A DNA stretch of 64,000 nt from Squalus acanthias. Its lineage: Eukaryota. The stretch covers positions 149,732,001-149,796,000 of the forward strand of contig CM059431.1 in the NCBI GenBank assembly GCA_030390025.1. Direction: 5' to 3'. Under the pieces are notes generated by a model. It was not told the DNA's origin. It was given only the letters and a program-made list of their open reading frames with translations, and made no database searches. Shown here piece after piece: positions 12,068 through 24,464 of the stretch. Position numbers and translations under genes: made by a program. The first letter of the stretch is position 1. Every line of letters starts with the position of its first letter.

Positions 12068-15000
12068 ATGCCTGGCACCCAGCCAGGGCCTCGTCAATTC
12101 CCCTACGCCCTGGCAACCTTTCCCACAAACACAAAAGTGAACGCCCTGGCTGATACGGGAGCTGATTACACTGTAATAGACCCTGCAATTATAAAATCTA
12201 AGTGGACAGATTTGGGGAGCCCAATTTGTAAAAGATCATTAGGGGTTTCACCCAAGACAAAACCAAAATAATTAATGTTTACATAATACCTATTATTATA
12301 TATGGCATCACGTTGACCCTAGATGTAGGACTGGTACCACATTTCGCCTATTCCCTCATTATAGGACAACCAGACATGAAACATTAAACATTAAAATCTC
12401 AACAAGACGTGCAGAAGCATCCAAAGATCAGGATGACAGGGCAAAACATGTTCCGAGACAGCTTGATCGAACTTGCCTTGAGGTTCTAGGCAGAGACCTC
12501 CTCGAGCAACTCATTAATAGATACTGCCCTTATATAAACGTCATCCAAATCAATGTGGAAAGATAGACATCAAACCACACCCACTTGATGCTGGCTGGCA
12601 CAAGCCTAAAAAACAGTGGCCTATTGAAGACCACAAAGGGAAATGATAACCCCTAACAACGCTCAAAGAACTAACAGAAGATGGTGTCTTAATCAAAATG
12701 GCATCTAGAACTAATTCACCATTGTTTGATGTTGCTAAACCAGATGGAAGGTGGAGATTAGTGATCGATTATACAGCCTCAAATAAGATAACAACCCCAC
12801 ATACTGCACAACAGCAAAATTCCACAGCCCTTCTCTCTGGAATCAGAAGGGAAAAAATTAAATCTTGTATTGATCTAGCAAACGGCTTCTGGTCACATCG
12901 AATCGAAAAAACTGATTGGCCAAAAACAGTGATGACTGGACCCGATGGCTATCAGTACTGCTGGTCCAGATTGCCCGAGGGAATTCAAAACAGCCCCGTT
13001 CTCTTTTCAGCCCACGTCATTGACCTTTTAAATGACCTACCTAACGTCAATTCTTATGTGGACGATATATATCTGTCACATGATAATCTCCAAGGGCACT
13101 TGAAAGCGTGTTTTATCCAGACTTACAACTGCTGGGTACTTAATAAACATATAAAATATTCAACTAATTAGGGAAGAAATAGATTTTCTGGGCCTGCGAA
13201 AAAATGGAAACGGTAGACGATTACATCAATCCTATAAAGAAAAATTAGCCACCATTCAATACCCTAAAACTCTGAAAAATTTGCAAGCAAGTTTAGGACT
13301 CCTGAATTTTGCTCGATCCTTTACGCAAGCCTTTGCCGATCTCTCAGCACCCGTGTATGCTAGAGTGGGCAAAGCAGCAAAAGGACCATTCATATTTTCA
13401 CCAGGCGATTACTCAAAATTACAACAATTATTCTTGGAGCTACAAAAAGATATAGACCTGGAACAGATGGTCCTACAAGTTCCACTCAATATTCTTCTCA
13501 GTTCATCACCTAAAGTGGCAGTTGCAGTTATCTATAATGAAAAGAGCGTAGTGCCCATTCAGTTCCATTCTTATATCTTTTCCAATGTTGAAAGGAGGTA
13601 AATTAAAAAAGAAAGGGTCATGACTGTGGTAATCCAATGCCTCATCAAGGCACGAACCCTTCAAGGGAAATACCTCATTACCATCTATATTGGGATACCC
13701 GATTTAAGATCAGTATTGAGGATGGCTTCTGATGAAAAAATTAGCCACCCAGATCCGTTCTGATAAATGGGCATCGTTATTGAATGATCCTACACTCATT
13801 TTTAAATATCTCTCCCCGGAAATGGACAGAGCATCTCCCCATCATGGAGGATGATGATACGGAGGAGGGAATCAGACAAATACCTATGAGATCGCTTAAA
13901 GAGTACCATCAAGACATTTACTCTGATGGATCTTCAATTACGATTATAAAAGCGATATCCCAACAATCCTCAGCTGGGATGCCATAGTAGCAGAGACTTT
14001 TCGAGATTCCTATTCTTTTTATATAGATGAATTACTGTCCATACCACTTGGCCATAAGACAGCGCAATATGCTGAAGCTGAAGCATTATGGTCTGCCTTA
14101 GAAAAGGCAGACCCTATTAAACCCACACTAATCTGTACAGATAGTGACTACTGTAAAAGAGGATATAACCAAGATCTAGTTTTCTGGGAACAAACACATT
14201 TTACCAATCATGAGGGTAAACCCATAAAACATGAGTCAGTTTGGGAAGACATTCTCCGTTCGAGAATGGATAAACAGAATTGTCAGGTGATTCATGTAAA
14301 CGGGCATAACAATGGGACAGTACACTCAAAAGGAAACAGTCTTGCAGACGAACAAGCGAAACGTTAGGTCTGCATGACACCCCCTTGAGAGGGGTCTGCC
14401 AATATTAGTGTAATCATTAGGGCAGAATGGGCAGCTAATCAGAATGAGGAACTGATTCAGCTATTAGACCCAACAAAAGAGAATCCACCAGGATATCCAC
14501 CAAAGTACTTTTACTCGGAAACCCCTACGGGTGTTGTGCTTGTTAAGTTTCCCAAGGGAAACCGAGAAGTACCCCCGAGACACAAACGAGTACAGCTTGT
14601 AACAGAAGGTCACGAGGCATAGGTCAAGCAGAGTGTGGTGCTAGAACAACATTCTGCAAATTGAGCCCCTTATATTGGTGGCCAGGCATGCTTTAGGCCT
14701 GTAAAACATATGTGGCAAATTGTGAGCCATGTTATTTATCAATAATTCATTCCTAATTTAGCCACCACCATTGGCTCCGGTGAAAGCTGATGAGCCACTG
14801 GGAAAATTCTTCATTGACTTTATTGGACCACTTGCCCCGTCTTTGGTGTAGGCTTCGCAAAATCCCACAGAAACTCGAACAGAGCCCTAAAGGGAGTGAT
14901 TTTTGGACTTTTCATACAAACTTGGGATGATGGGACCTCAGTGAAGTGATTTGATGTAAAAACCTAAAGATCACAAGAAGAAAACCTGAGGAAACTGATT

Positions 15001-16861
15001 TTTATGAATCTTATTGTTGGGAGAGACATTTTTTTTCACAGACAAGCTGCGAGGGGCGTGGCCGGTCAGTGAACGGATCAAGCTGTCTGGGAATTGTTTG
15101 AGACAATGCAAAACTCACAAGCACATTCAAATATGGATTGCCAGGGGCAAGCAAGATGCTGGTAATCTAAAAACGATTCAATGACAATATAAAACCGATC
15201 ACACAGTTTCATAGCCATTATCCCATCAAAAAAAAAAATCAAGCAGGGATCCAGAGAACAGATTTAAAAGCCTGCCAAACAGAAAGACAATAGAGTGAAG
15301 ATTTGGCGCGTAGATAAGGCCGTTTTTTGAATTGGAAAGCAATTAACACTAAGCAAAAACCATCGGAACTGGCCAGCCCGCCAAAAACGAGACAATTGGA
15401 AGAAGCAAGGGTCATTTACATTCAAAAAGGAATTAGTTTTAGTAAGGGGTTTTTGAGCGCGAAAAAGAAGCAGTATAATTTGAAAGCCAGTGCCATAATC
15501 TCTCTCTTTGGACTGACTGGCGACGTGGACACAGCTCTATCCCTGCTCCAGCAAAACTTACCACAAGCCACTAGGAAGAAGACCAGCACGCAAGACGAAA
15601 CCATAAGGGCCTTCCGGAGTCCTTTTAAACAAAAAGACTCTAATATCCTGTCAAGGATTCGTTGGTGAGCAGTATCCCTGATCTCCTGAAAACAAAAATC
15701 TAGCCAGATAGTGGGATATTTGGGAGGGATAAGGTTTTGTTTGATATATTGTCATTTCCCTCGCTTGTACCGTGGGTTCCCCGAATCTGTGTTTTAGTAA
15801 TAAGTGTGTTTCAAGTTTGTTAGCTTTTTTTTCTTTTAATAAAGTAAATTTCTTTCATCTGAAACTGTTTACAGCAATTTTGTTCACAACCCCTAAATAA
15901 GCCCAAAGTCTAGGAACCGGAGGGGTGTTGGTCGATTCGAACCACTCACTTAAGATACCCCTTACATTGGGAAACAGACATTTTCTCGTTTGTGCAGATG
16001 GATGCACTTCTTTCTGCTGGCTGGTCCCCACAAAAACTGTTTCGGAAAACGCACTCGCAAATGCTATTACTGATATAATTACTGTCGCTGGTGCACCCAA
16101 AATCTTACACTCCGATCAAGGCGGAGCCTTTGTCTCCAAAGTCTTCAAAGACTACTGCGAATAGGGGGGATTGGGTTAAAGCACAGCACGCCAAATCATC
16201 TGCAATCAGCGGGGCTGAGGAACGTAAAAACCATGAAGTAAATTAGCTATTGGTGAAACTGTTGAGAGTCAGGGGGAATAAGTGGACCACCGTCATTCCG
16301 GAGGTGCAGCTATCACTTAATAATGTGCCTGCATCTGCATCAGGGACAGTGTCCCCTAAAATTCCATATTATCTGATGTATGGTGTTGAGATGAATACAC
16401 CACTTACCCATAGCTATTTTATTGCCTTTACAATCTCTGAGTCCTTGATTCGACAGCGACAGATAGATTTAAAAAAAGAAGTAACAGAGGAGATTGATCA
16501 AATTGATCAGAGGATAAGGGAGTCACATATGAAGAAAAAAATGATAAACAAACTATGAAAACACCTAGTAGGAGAATGGGTACAGGAAAAGAAGTTCGAG
16601 CAAAAACATGGTTTAAGACCGAAGTGGGAAAAACCTGTTCAAATACATACTGTGATTAACAAAACAACAGTTAAAATACATACTAATCAGCCGAGAGGCA
16701 AGCATATTATTAAATCTGTCTCCAAAGACAGACTCAAAAGATGTCCTCCAGGATACCGAAAAGGAGGAACAATACAAGGTGCAGTCGTACACTGTCTTTC
16801 AAGACCCAGCTTGGAGCACGTCACAGGAAATGGATGCGATCGAACTTCTGACGATGGTTAG
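12068..16861 (+). pseudogene. pol: Foamy-like pol (PR-RT-RNase H-IN), disrupted; integrase split by a solo LTR
   Basis: ALADTGADYTVI protease, YVDD RT, LGLLNFARSF thumb, IYSDGS/AQYAE/ICTDSDY RNase H, IDFIGPL and HSDQG integrase. Confidence 0.9.
14847..15966 (+). mobile_element. Solo LTR (1120 bp), probably of a third lokiretrovirus-like family
   Basis: TGTAG...CCCCTTACA termini, 4-bp TSD TTGG (14843-14846 and 15967-15970), AATAAA at 15838-15843; removal restores integrase IGPLAPSLG|NRHFLVCAD. Confidence 0.88.
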
Positions 16862-17392
16862 TCAGACATTGTCGCCGACTTCTCCACATGATGGTTGGCA
16901 AAGCCTCAGGGATTGGATTTGCAAAAAGCCACAACCGAAACAAGGAAAGATCAACGAGTTGCTTCAATGAAGGAGGAATACACCGCGGATGAAGAAAGAA
17001 TCAACTGAGCGCCTGGCAAGGCCTTTACGAAAACAAGAATCTGTCACACGCTGGATCAAAGAACAGCGTGTCAAGCTTCAGATGTTCCAAATGACGTCTC
17101 CCTGTTTCGTATGAATAACTTACCTCAACGGAACGTACATCTGCTGATTGGACATTCTAAGTACATGCTGTTTCGCTAATTGCATGACAATGTACCTATC
17201 ATCCTTTTAAATTGTGTTCAATTTAAAATAAGGAAAAACATTGTCCTAGGATGACTTAAAAGGAATGTTCATGTGGCACAAGATTAGGCTCTTGTGAATT
17301 TCGTGAAATTAATGGGCTATTGTAACATTATTAATAACATTGAGCAAACACTGCTCTAAAGTTTTGAGTTCATTTTTTGGTCAAGAGAGGTG

Positions 17393-18698
17393 TGTGAAGG
17401 AATAAGCCATATTCAGAAATATACACTATCCTATGAAATATTCTGACCTTTGTAACATGACAAACTGGGCTTGCAAATCTAAAAAAACTAACAATGGAAA
17501 AGCTGTAAACAGTATACAGGCTGTTGAGATAAGATAAATTGTTGACACTGAATCAATAGCCTTGTTGAAACAGAAGGTTAAAGGTTCCTGAAGTCTGAAG
17601 CCTTGGAACGATTACAATGGTATACCACGTTAAGGTGTCTTAAATAACACATTGGAAAGAAACACATAAAAGAAGAAGAAACATATGCCTTCGTAAAAAT
17701 GACGTCAAAAGAACCACAGAAAATTAAGAAACATATGATTTGGTGAGAATGGCATCAAGTGGGGGAGGCACCAGCCATCACATTGTTTTTGTGTTGAACT
17801 TGGAACACCTAGGAGACACGATTCTGTGTGGCAACCAGCTGAGGTAACATAAGAACACCTTGGTAAGAATGACATCAAATAGATGCACCAGCTGGTCACA
17901 TCGTTTTTATGATAAGCTTCGAACACCTAAAGGAAAGACACGAGTCTGCTTGCTACCAGCTGAACTGACTGTAAGAATAGCAGGGGTCAACAGAAAAATG
18001 ACTAGAGATAATTAGCTTACATCAGCAGAAAACTTCAAAGGAAATACCACTGAAAAAGGGTATAAAAATTGTACTTTCAAATGGGATGATAGATTCGCTC
18101 AAAGGGGAAAAGCGATTCTCGGCTTCAGAGGCAAGCTCTGTAAGTCTACAACTCTTTGTATCTTGGGGATGAAGGTACTTTTATTTGATTTGGTATATAT
18201 CCTGGAATAAACAAAGATCTGTAAAACTAGCGAAGTTAAGATTTGAAAATAAGGATCTCTGAAAATAGAATTGTAATATTTATTTTTTTGGAACTGTTTG
18301 TGTTGCGATTGAATCACCAACTGGCAATTACATGTCAGTTTTTTTAATAAATCTATATATTTTTAGAATTGTCTCCATTAGTACTTCTGAATCAAACTCG
18401 CAAACTTAATCTCTGTACACTCTTTGGTGAGGAATTGCAGAATTCTGAGGGAGCTTTCCGGACCCTCATAATATCTGGAACATTACAGTCTAGCTAAACT
18501 CATTGAAAGTGCTATCTGGAGGATGGTAACATATTCAGGTTGTTCTTTTCCTTAAGGAAGAGATAGTCTGGAACTTGAGACCCAATTAAGCGTCTTTATG
18601 GTTCATCTACCTCAAAGTTTAGTTCAAAGTGGAGGACTGGGGAATATGACTGATCCGGGGTAGCCCTAAATGGGCTCGGACTAGTAATTAACCCTTCA
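17393..18698 (+). repeat. 3' LTR of the foamy-like ERV (~1.3 kb)
   Basis: Preceded by purine tract AAGAGAGG; TGTGAAGG...CCCTTCA termini; TATAAAA near 18061; start repeated at 23826 and end repeated at 10187-10248. Confidence 0.82.
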
Positions 18699-21600
18699 GA
18701 GAGATTCTCTCATTAAAATGGGCCCCTGAAGGGTATACACCCAATTTAAAAGGGGACTCTAATGGTGAGACTCCCTCTTTAAAAGTGGTCCCTGATGGTG
18801 AGACTCTCTCTTTAAAATGTGTCCCTGATGGTGAGAATACCTCTTTAATAGGGTTCCATTATGGGGAGACATCCTTTTTAAAAGGTGTAGCTGATGGCGA
18901 CACTCGCTCTTTTAAAGAGGTCCCTGATGGTTAGACTCTCACTTTAAAATATGTCCCTAATAGGAAGTTGTCTCTAAAGTGGTCCCTGATAGAAAGTCTC
19001 CCTCTTTGAAAGGGGACCTTGATAGAAAGACGCACTCTTTAAAATGGGACACAAGGGTGAGACTCCCTATTTAAAAAAGCTCCCTGATAGAAAGGCTCCC
19101 TCTTAAAAAGCGACTCTGATGGTGAGACGCCCTCTTTAATAAGGAAACCTAATGGGGAGACTTACTCTTAAAAGTGGTCCCTGATGCATAGACTCCCTCT
19201 TTCAAAGGGAATCCCTGATGGTGAGGCTCCCTCTGTAAAATGTGTCCCTGATGCTGTTCCACACATTTTAAAAGTGGTCCCTTTGGGTGAACCACGTTAA
19301 AAGGGTTCACTAATGGGGTGACTCTCTTTAAAATGTATCACTGATAGAAAGACTCTCTCTTTAAAGAGTCCCCGAGGGTGAAACTCCCTCTTTAAAACTG
19401 GTCACTGATGGTAAGATTCCCTCTTTAAAATTTGTCCCTGATGGTGAGACTTCCTTTTTAAAAGGGTTCCATGATGGTGAGACACATTATTTAAAAGAAG
19501 TCCCTGATGTTGAGACTGTCTCTTTAAAAGTGTTCCCTGGTGGAGATACTCTCTCATTAAAGGGTTCCCTGACGGGTATACTCCCTCTTTAAAAGGGGCT
19601 CCTGATGTTGAGACTCTCCCTTAAATAGGGGCCCCGGATGCTAAAACACTCTCTTTAAAAGGTTTTCCTGATGGTGAGACTCCCTATTTAAAGCGTTCCC
19701 TAATAGCGAGAATCTCTCTTTTAAAGTGGTCCCTGATGGAATAAAGTCCTCTTTAAAAGGGGTCCCCGAGTGTGAGACTCCCTCTTTAAATGTGTTCCCC
19801 GGTGGAGATACTCCCTCATTAAAAGGGGTCCCTAATGGGTATACTCCCTCATTAAAAGGGGCCACTGATGATGACACTCTCCCTTTAAAATGGGGCTCTG
19901 ATGCTGAAACACACTCCTTTAAAGGGTGTTCCTGATGGTGAGACTCCCTCTTTAAAGGGGGTCCCTATTAGCGAGACTCACTATTTTAAATTGGTCCCTG
20001 TTGGAAAGACGTCCCATTTAACAGGGGACTCTGATAGAAAGACTCTCTTTAAAATGGGTCTTCGAGTGTGAGACTCCCTGTTTAAAAGGGGTCCCTGATG
20101 CTGAGACTATTCTCTTTAAAATTGGTCCCTGATGGTGAGACTCTCTCTTTAATAGGATTGCCTGATGCTGAAACAGCCACTTTAAAAAGGATTCCTGATG
20201 GTGAGACTCCCTTTTTAAAAGGGGTCCTTCATGACGAGATTCTCTCTTTAAAAGGATTTGCTGATGGGGAAGACACCATCTTTAATAGAAGTCCCTGATG
20301 CTGAAACACCCTCTTTAAAGGTCGTCTCTGATGGTGAGATTCTCTGTTTAAAATGTTTCCTAACGGGGAGACACTCTTTAAAAAAGGCTCCCTGGTAGAA
20401 AGACTCTCCCATTAAAAAAGAGTCCCCGAGGGTGTCTCCCACTTTAAAAGGGGTCCTTGATAGAAATAATATCTTTAAAAGGGTTCCCTGAGAGAAATAC
20501 CCTCTCTTTAAAATTGGTCCCTCATATTGAGAATCGCTCTTTAAAAGCGGTCCCTGATGGTGATACTCTCTCTTTAAAAGGACTCCCTGATGGTGAGACT
20601 CTCTCTTTAAAAGAGCTCGCTGATGGTGAGACTCCCACTTAAAGGGACCCCTGATGCAGAGACACTCTTTAAAAGGCGTCCCTCATAGGAAAATTCTGTT
20701 TAAAACAGATCATTGCTAGAAAGTCTTTCTCTTTAAAAGTGATCCCTGATTGTGAGACTCCCTTTTATTAGGAGTCCCTGATGCTGAAACACCCTCTTTA
20801 AAAGTATCCCTAATTCGTAGACTTTCTCTTTAAAAGCGGTCACAAATAGAAAGGTTCCTTCTTTAAAAGTGTCCCTGATGCTGAACCCGCCTTTTTAAAA
20901 GTGGCCTCTGAGGGTGAGCAACTTTAAAAGGGATAACTAATGGGCAGATCTCTCTTTAAAAGGGGTCCCTGATAGAAAGACTATCTCTTTAAAAACAGTC
21001 CCCGAGGGAGAAAAGCCCTCTTTAAAAGGTGTCCCTGATGGTGAGACACCCTCTTTAAATGGGGTCCCTGATGGAGAGACTCTCTTTTTAAAAGGGTTCC
21101 CTGATGGTGAGACTCCCTCTTTAAAAGGACTCCCTGATAGAGAGACTCCATCTTTAAAAGGGGTCCCTGATGGTGAGACACACTCTTTAAAATGAGACCC
21201 AGATGGTGAGACACCCTCTTTAAAAGGAACTCTGATGGTGAGACTCCCTCTTTGAAAAGGATCCCTAATGGGGAGATACTCTCTTTAAAAGGGTTCCCTG
21301 ATGGTGAGACTCCCACTTTAAAAGGGGTCCCTGATGATGAAACACCCACTTTAAAAGGGGTTCCTGATGGTGAGACTCCCTCTTTAAAAGTGGTCCATGA
21401 AGGCGAGATTCTCCCTTGAACAGGGGTTGCTGATGGGGGAGACACCCTCTTTAATAGGAATCTCTGATGCTGAAATATCCTCTTTAAAAGGAGTCCCTGA
21501 TTGTGAGATTCCCTATTTAAAAGGGATCACTAATGGGGAGACTCTCTTTAAAAACGGCTCCCTGATAGATAGACGCCCTATTTAAAATGGGTCCATAATA

Positions 21601-23825
21601 GAAAGACTCTTTCTTGAAACTAGATCCGCGAGGGTGAGACTCCCTATTTAAAAGGGGTACCTGAAAGAAACACTCTCTCTTTAAAAGGTATCCCTGATGC
21701 TGAGACTCCTTCTTTAAAAGGGTCCCCTGATGGTGAGACACTCTCTCTAACAGTTGTCCCTGATAGTGAGACTCTCTCTTTAAAAGGTGCCCCTGATGGT
21801 GAGACTCCAACTTTAAAAGGGGTCCCTGATGGTGATACTCTCTTTAAAAGGGTCACTGATGGTGAGACTTCCTCTTTAAAAGTATCTCTGATGGTGTGGC
21901 TCCCTATTGAAATGGATTCCATGGTAGAAAGACACCCTCTTTAAAAGGGGTTCCTGATGCTGAAACACCCTCTTTAAAAGGGATTCCTGATGGTGAGACT
22001 CCCATTTTAAAAGGCGTCCTTGATGACGCGATTCTCCCTTTAAAAGGGGTTGCTGATGGGGGAGACACCATCTTTAATAGAAGTCCCTGATGCTGAAACA
22101 TCCTCTTTAAAAGGCGTCTCTGTTGGTGAGATTCTCTGTTTAAAAGGTTTCCGAATGAGGACACACTCTTTAAAAAAGGGCTCCCTGATAGAAAGACACT
22201 CTCTTTAAAAAGTGTCCCCGAGGGTGGGACTCACTGTTTAAAAGGGGTCCCTGTTCGTAAGATACTCTTTAAAAGTTCTCCCTGAGAGAAAGACAGCCTC
22301 TTTACAAGTTTCAGATGGTGAGACTCCCTCTTTAAAAGGGATGCCGCAAATAAAGTCCTCCCCTTTAAAATGGATCCCTGTTGGTTAGGCTCTCTTTAAA
22401 ATAGATCCCTGATCGAAAGACTCCCTCTTTATAAAATATCCTGATGGTGAGACTCACTCCTTAAAAGGGCTCCCTGAGAGAAAGACACCCTTTTAAAAAA
22501 GATCCCTCAAGGTGATACACCCACTTTAAATGGGGTCCCTGATGGTGCGACTCTCTCTTTAATTTGGGTCTCTGATGGTGAGTCTCCATCTTTAAAATGA
22601 CTCCCTGATAGGAAGACACACTCTTTAAAAGGGATCCACGATGGTGAGAATTCTTCTTTAAAAATGTTCCCTAATGGTGATAAGATCTCTTTAAAAGGGG
22701 ACCCTGATGCTGAGACTCCCTCTTTAAAAGGAGTCGCTGATAGAAAGACTCCCTCTATAAAAGGGGACACTGATGGCGAAACTGTCACTTTAAAATGGGT
22801 CCATGATGGGGAGACTGCCTCTTTAAAAGGGGTCGCTGATTCGGAGACACCCTCTTTGAAAGGGTTCCTGATGGAGAGACTCCCTCTTTAAAAGGAGTCG
22901 CTGTTGCTGAAACACCCTTTTTAAAAGGGGTCCCTGCTAGAAAGACGCTCTCTTTAAAAGTGATCACTGACAGAAAGTCTCTCTCTTTAAAAGGGGTCCC
23001 TGATAGTGAGATCCCGCTTTAAAAGGTCCCTAATGGTGAGACACCCTCTTTAAAAGGGGTGCCTGATGGTGAGGCTCCCTCTATAAAAGTGTTCACTGAT
23101 GGTGAGACACACTCTTTAAAATGTCTCTGATGGTGAGGCTCCCTCTTTAAAAGGAATCCCTGAAAGAAAGACTCCATCTTTAAAAGGGGTCCCTGATGGA
23201 GAGAGTCACTCTTTAAAAGGAGACCCTGATGTGGACACTCCATCTTTAATATAGTCTCTGATGGTGAGACTCCCTCTTTGAAAGTGATCCCGAATGGGGT
23301 TATTCTCTATCTTTAAAAGGGGTCCCTGATGGTGAAATTCCCTCTTTAAAAGCGGTCCCTGAGTGTGAGACTCCATCTTTAAAAGGGGTCCCTCATGGTA
23401 AGACTCACTTTAAAAAAGCTCCCTGATAGAAAGACTATTTTTAAAAGGGATCCATGATGTTAAGATTCACGCTTTAAAGGGGATCTCTGATTGTGAGACT
23501 CACTCTTTGAAAGGGCTCCCTGAGAGAAAGTCTCACTCTTTAAAACGGCTCCCTGATGGTGAGACGCCCTCTTTAAAAATAGTCCTGATGGAGACACTTC
23601 CTCTTTAGAAGTGGTCCCTGATGGAAACACTCCCTCTTTAAACGGGATCTCTGTTGGTGAGACTCACTCTTTAAAATGGCTCCCTGATGGTGAGAGTCAC
23701 TCTTTAAAAGTAGTCCTGATGGTGAGACGCCCTCTTTAAAAGGCGTCCCTGGTAGTGAGTCTTTCTCTTAAAAAGGGATCCCTGAATGTGAGACTCCCTT
23801 TTTTTATAGTGGTACCTGGTGGAGA
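18699..23825. repeat. Satellite array, ~33-bp monomer GGGGTCCCTGATGGTGAGACTCCCTCTTTAAAA, roughly 150 diverged copies
   Basis: Directly visible tandem repetition over 5.1 kb with variant monomers (GATAGAAAGAC, GATGCTGAAAC). Confidence 0.97.
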
Positions 23826-23987
23826 TGTGAAGGAGTAAGCCACATTCAGAAAAATACACCATTCTATGAAATATTCTGCTCTTTGTAACATGACAAACTG
23901 GGCATGAAAATCTAAAAAACTAACAATGGAAAAGCTGTAAACAGCATACAGGCATTTGAGATAAGATAAGTTGTTGAAACTGAATCA
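23826..23987 (+). repeat. 5' fragment of a second foamy-like LTR copy
   Basis: TGTGAAGGAGTAAGCCACATTCAGAAA...TGAATCA matches 17393-17555. Confidence 0.9.
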
Positions 23988-24325
23988 GTGTATCACTGAA
24001 ATCCCCCTGTATAATAGAGCCGTATTCTAAACACACTGAAACCCCCCTGTATAATGCCCCCTGTATACTACACTCCTCTGAAACCCACATTTATAATTCC
24101 CCCAGTGAACTACACCCCTGTGAAACACCCCCTGTTAATTATCCAGTATACTACACCGCTCTGAAAACCCCCTGTATAATACGACATTATTCTACAACCC
24201 TGTGAAACTCCCCGGTATATTACCCCGGAGAAAAGACCTCCTGTAAAATACTCCATTATTCTACACTCATGTGAAACCCCCCTGCATAATCCCGGCCGTA
24301 GACTACGCCCCTGTCTAATAATTCC
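23988..24325. repeat. C-rich degenerate minisatellite (CCCCCTGTATAAT / TACACCCCTGTGAAA), left part
   Basis: Visible repeats; the same repeat resumes at 28152-28720. Confidence 0.8.
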
Positions 24326-24327
24326 TG

Positions 24328-24464
24328 TTGAAACTTATAACATTCTAACAGGACCAAACGTACTAGATGCAGGAAGTGTGTTCCCGATGGCGGGGGAGTC
24401 AAGAACCAGAGGTCACAGTTTAAGGATAAGGGGTAAGCCATTTGGGACTGAGATGAGGAGGAAT
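24328..24464 (+). mobile_element. CR1 3' fragment, left half (continues at 27899-28150)
   Basis: gaaacttataa...ggactgagatgaggaggaat continues as acccagagagttgtgaacctgtgg after the nested minus-strand CR1. Confidence 0.8.

Larger units (their letters stand above)
10187..18698 (+). mobile_element. Degraded foamy-virus-like (spumaretrovirus-like) endogenous retrovirus
   Basis: RT KPDGRWRLVIDY...DLANGFWSH...YCWSRLPEG...YVDDIYLSHD; integrase HSDQGGAF and VGEWVQE...LRPKWEKP closely follow foamy Pol; Lys-type PBS; LTR end repeated at 10187-10248 and 18637-18698. Confidence 0.92.

Noticed and set aside
15327..15668. 113-aa ORF inside the solo LTR
   Set aside because: Non-ATG start and no recognisable motif.
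18699..23825. CRISPR-like array or repeat protein (LKGVPDGETPS)n
   Set aside because: Monomers are contiguous with no unique spacers, context is eukaryotic, and frames break constantly; ORFs are by-products of a 33-bp period.
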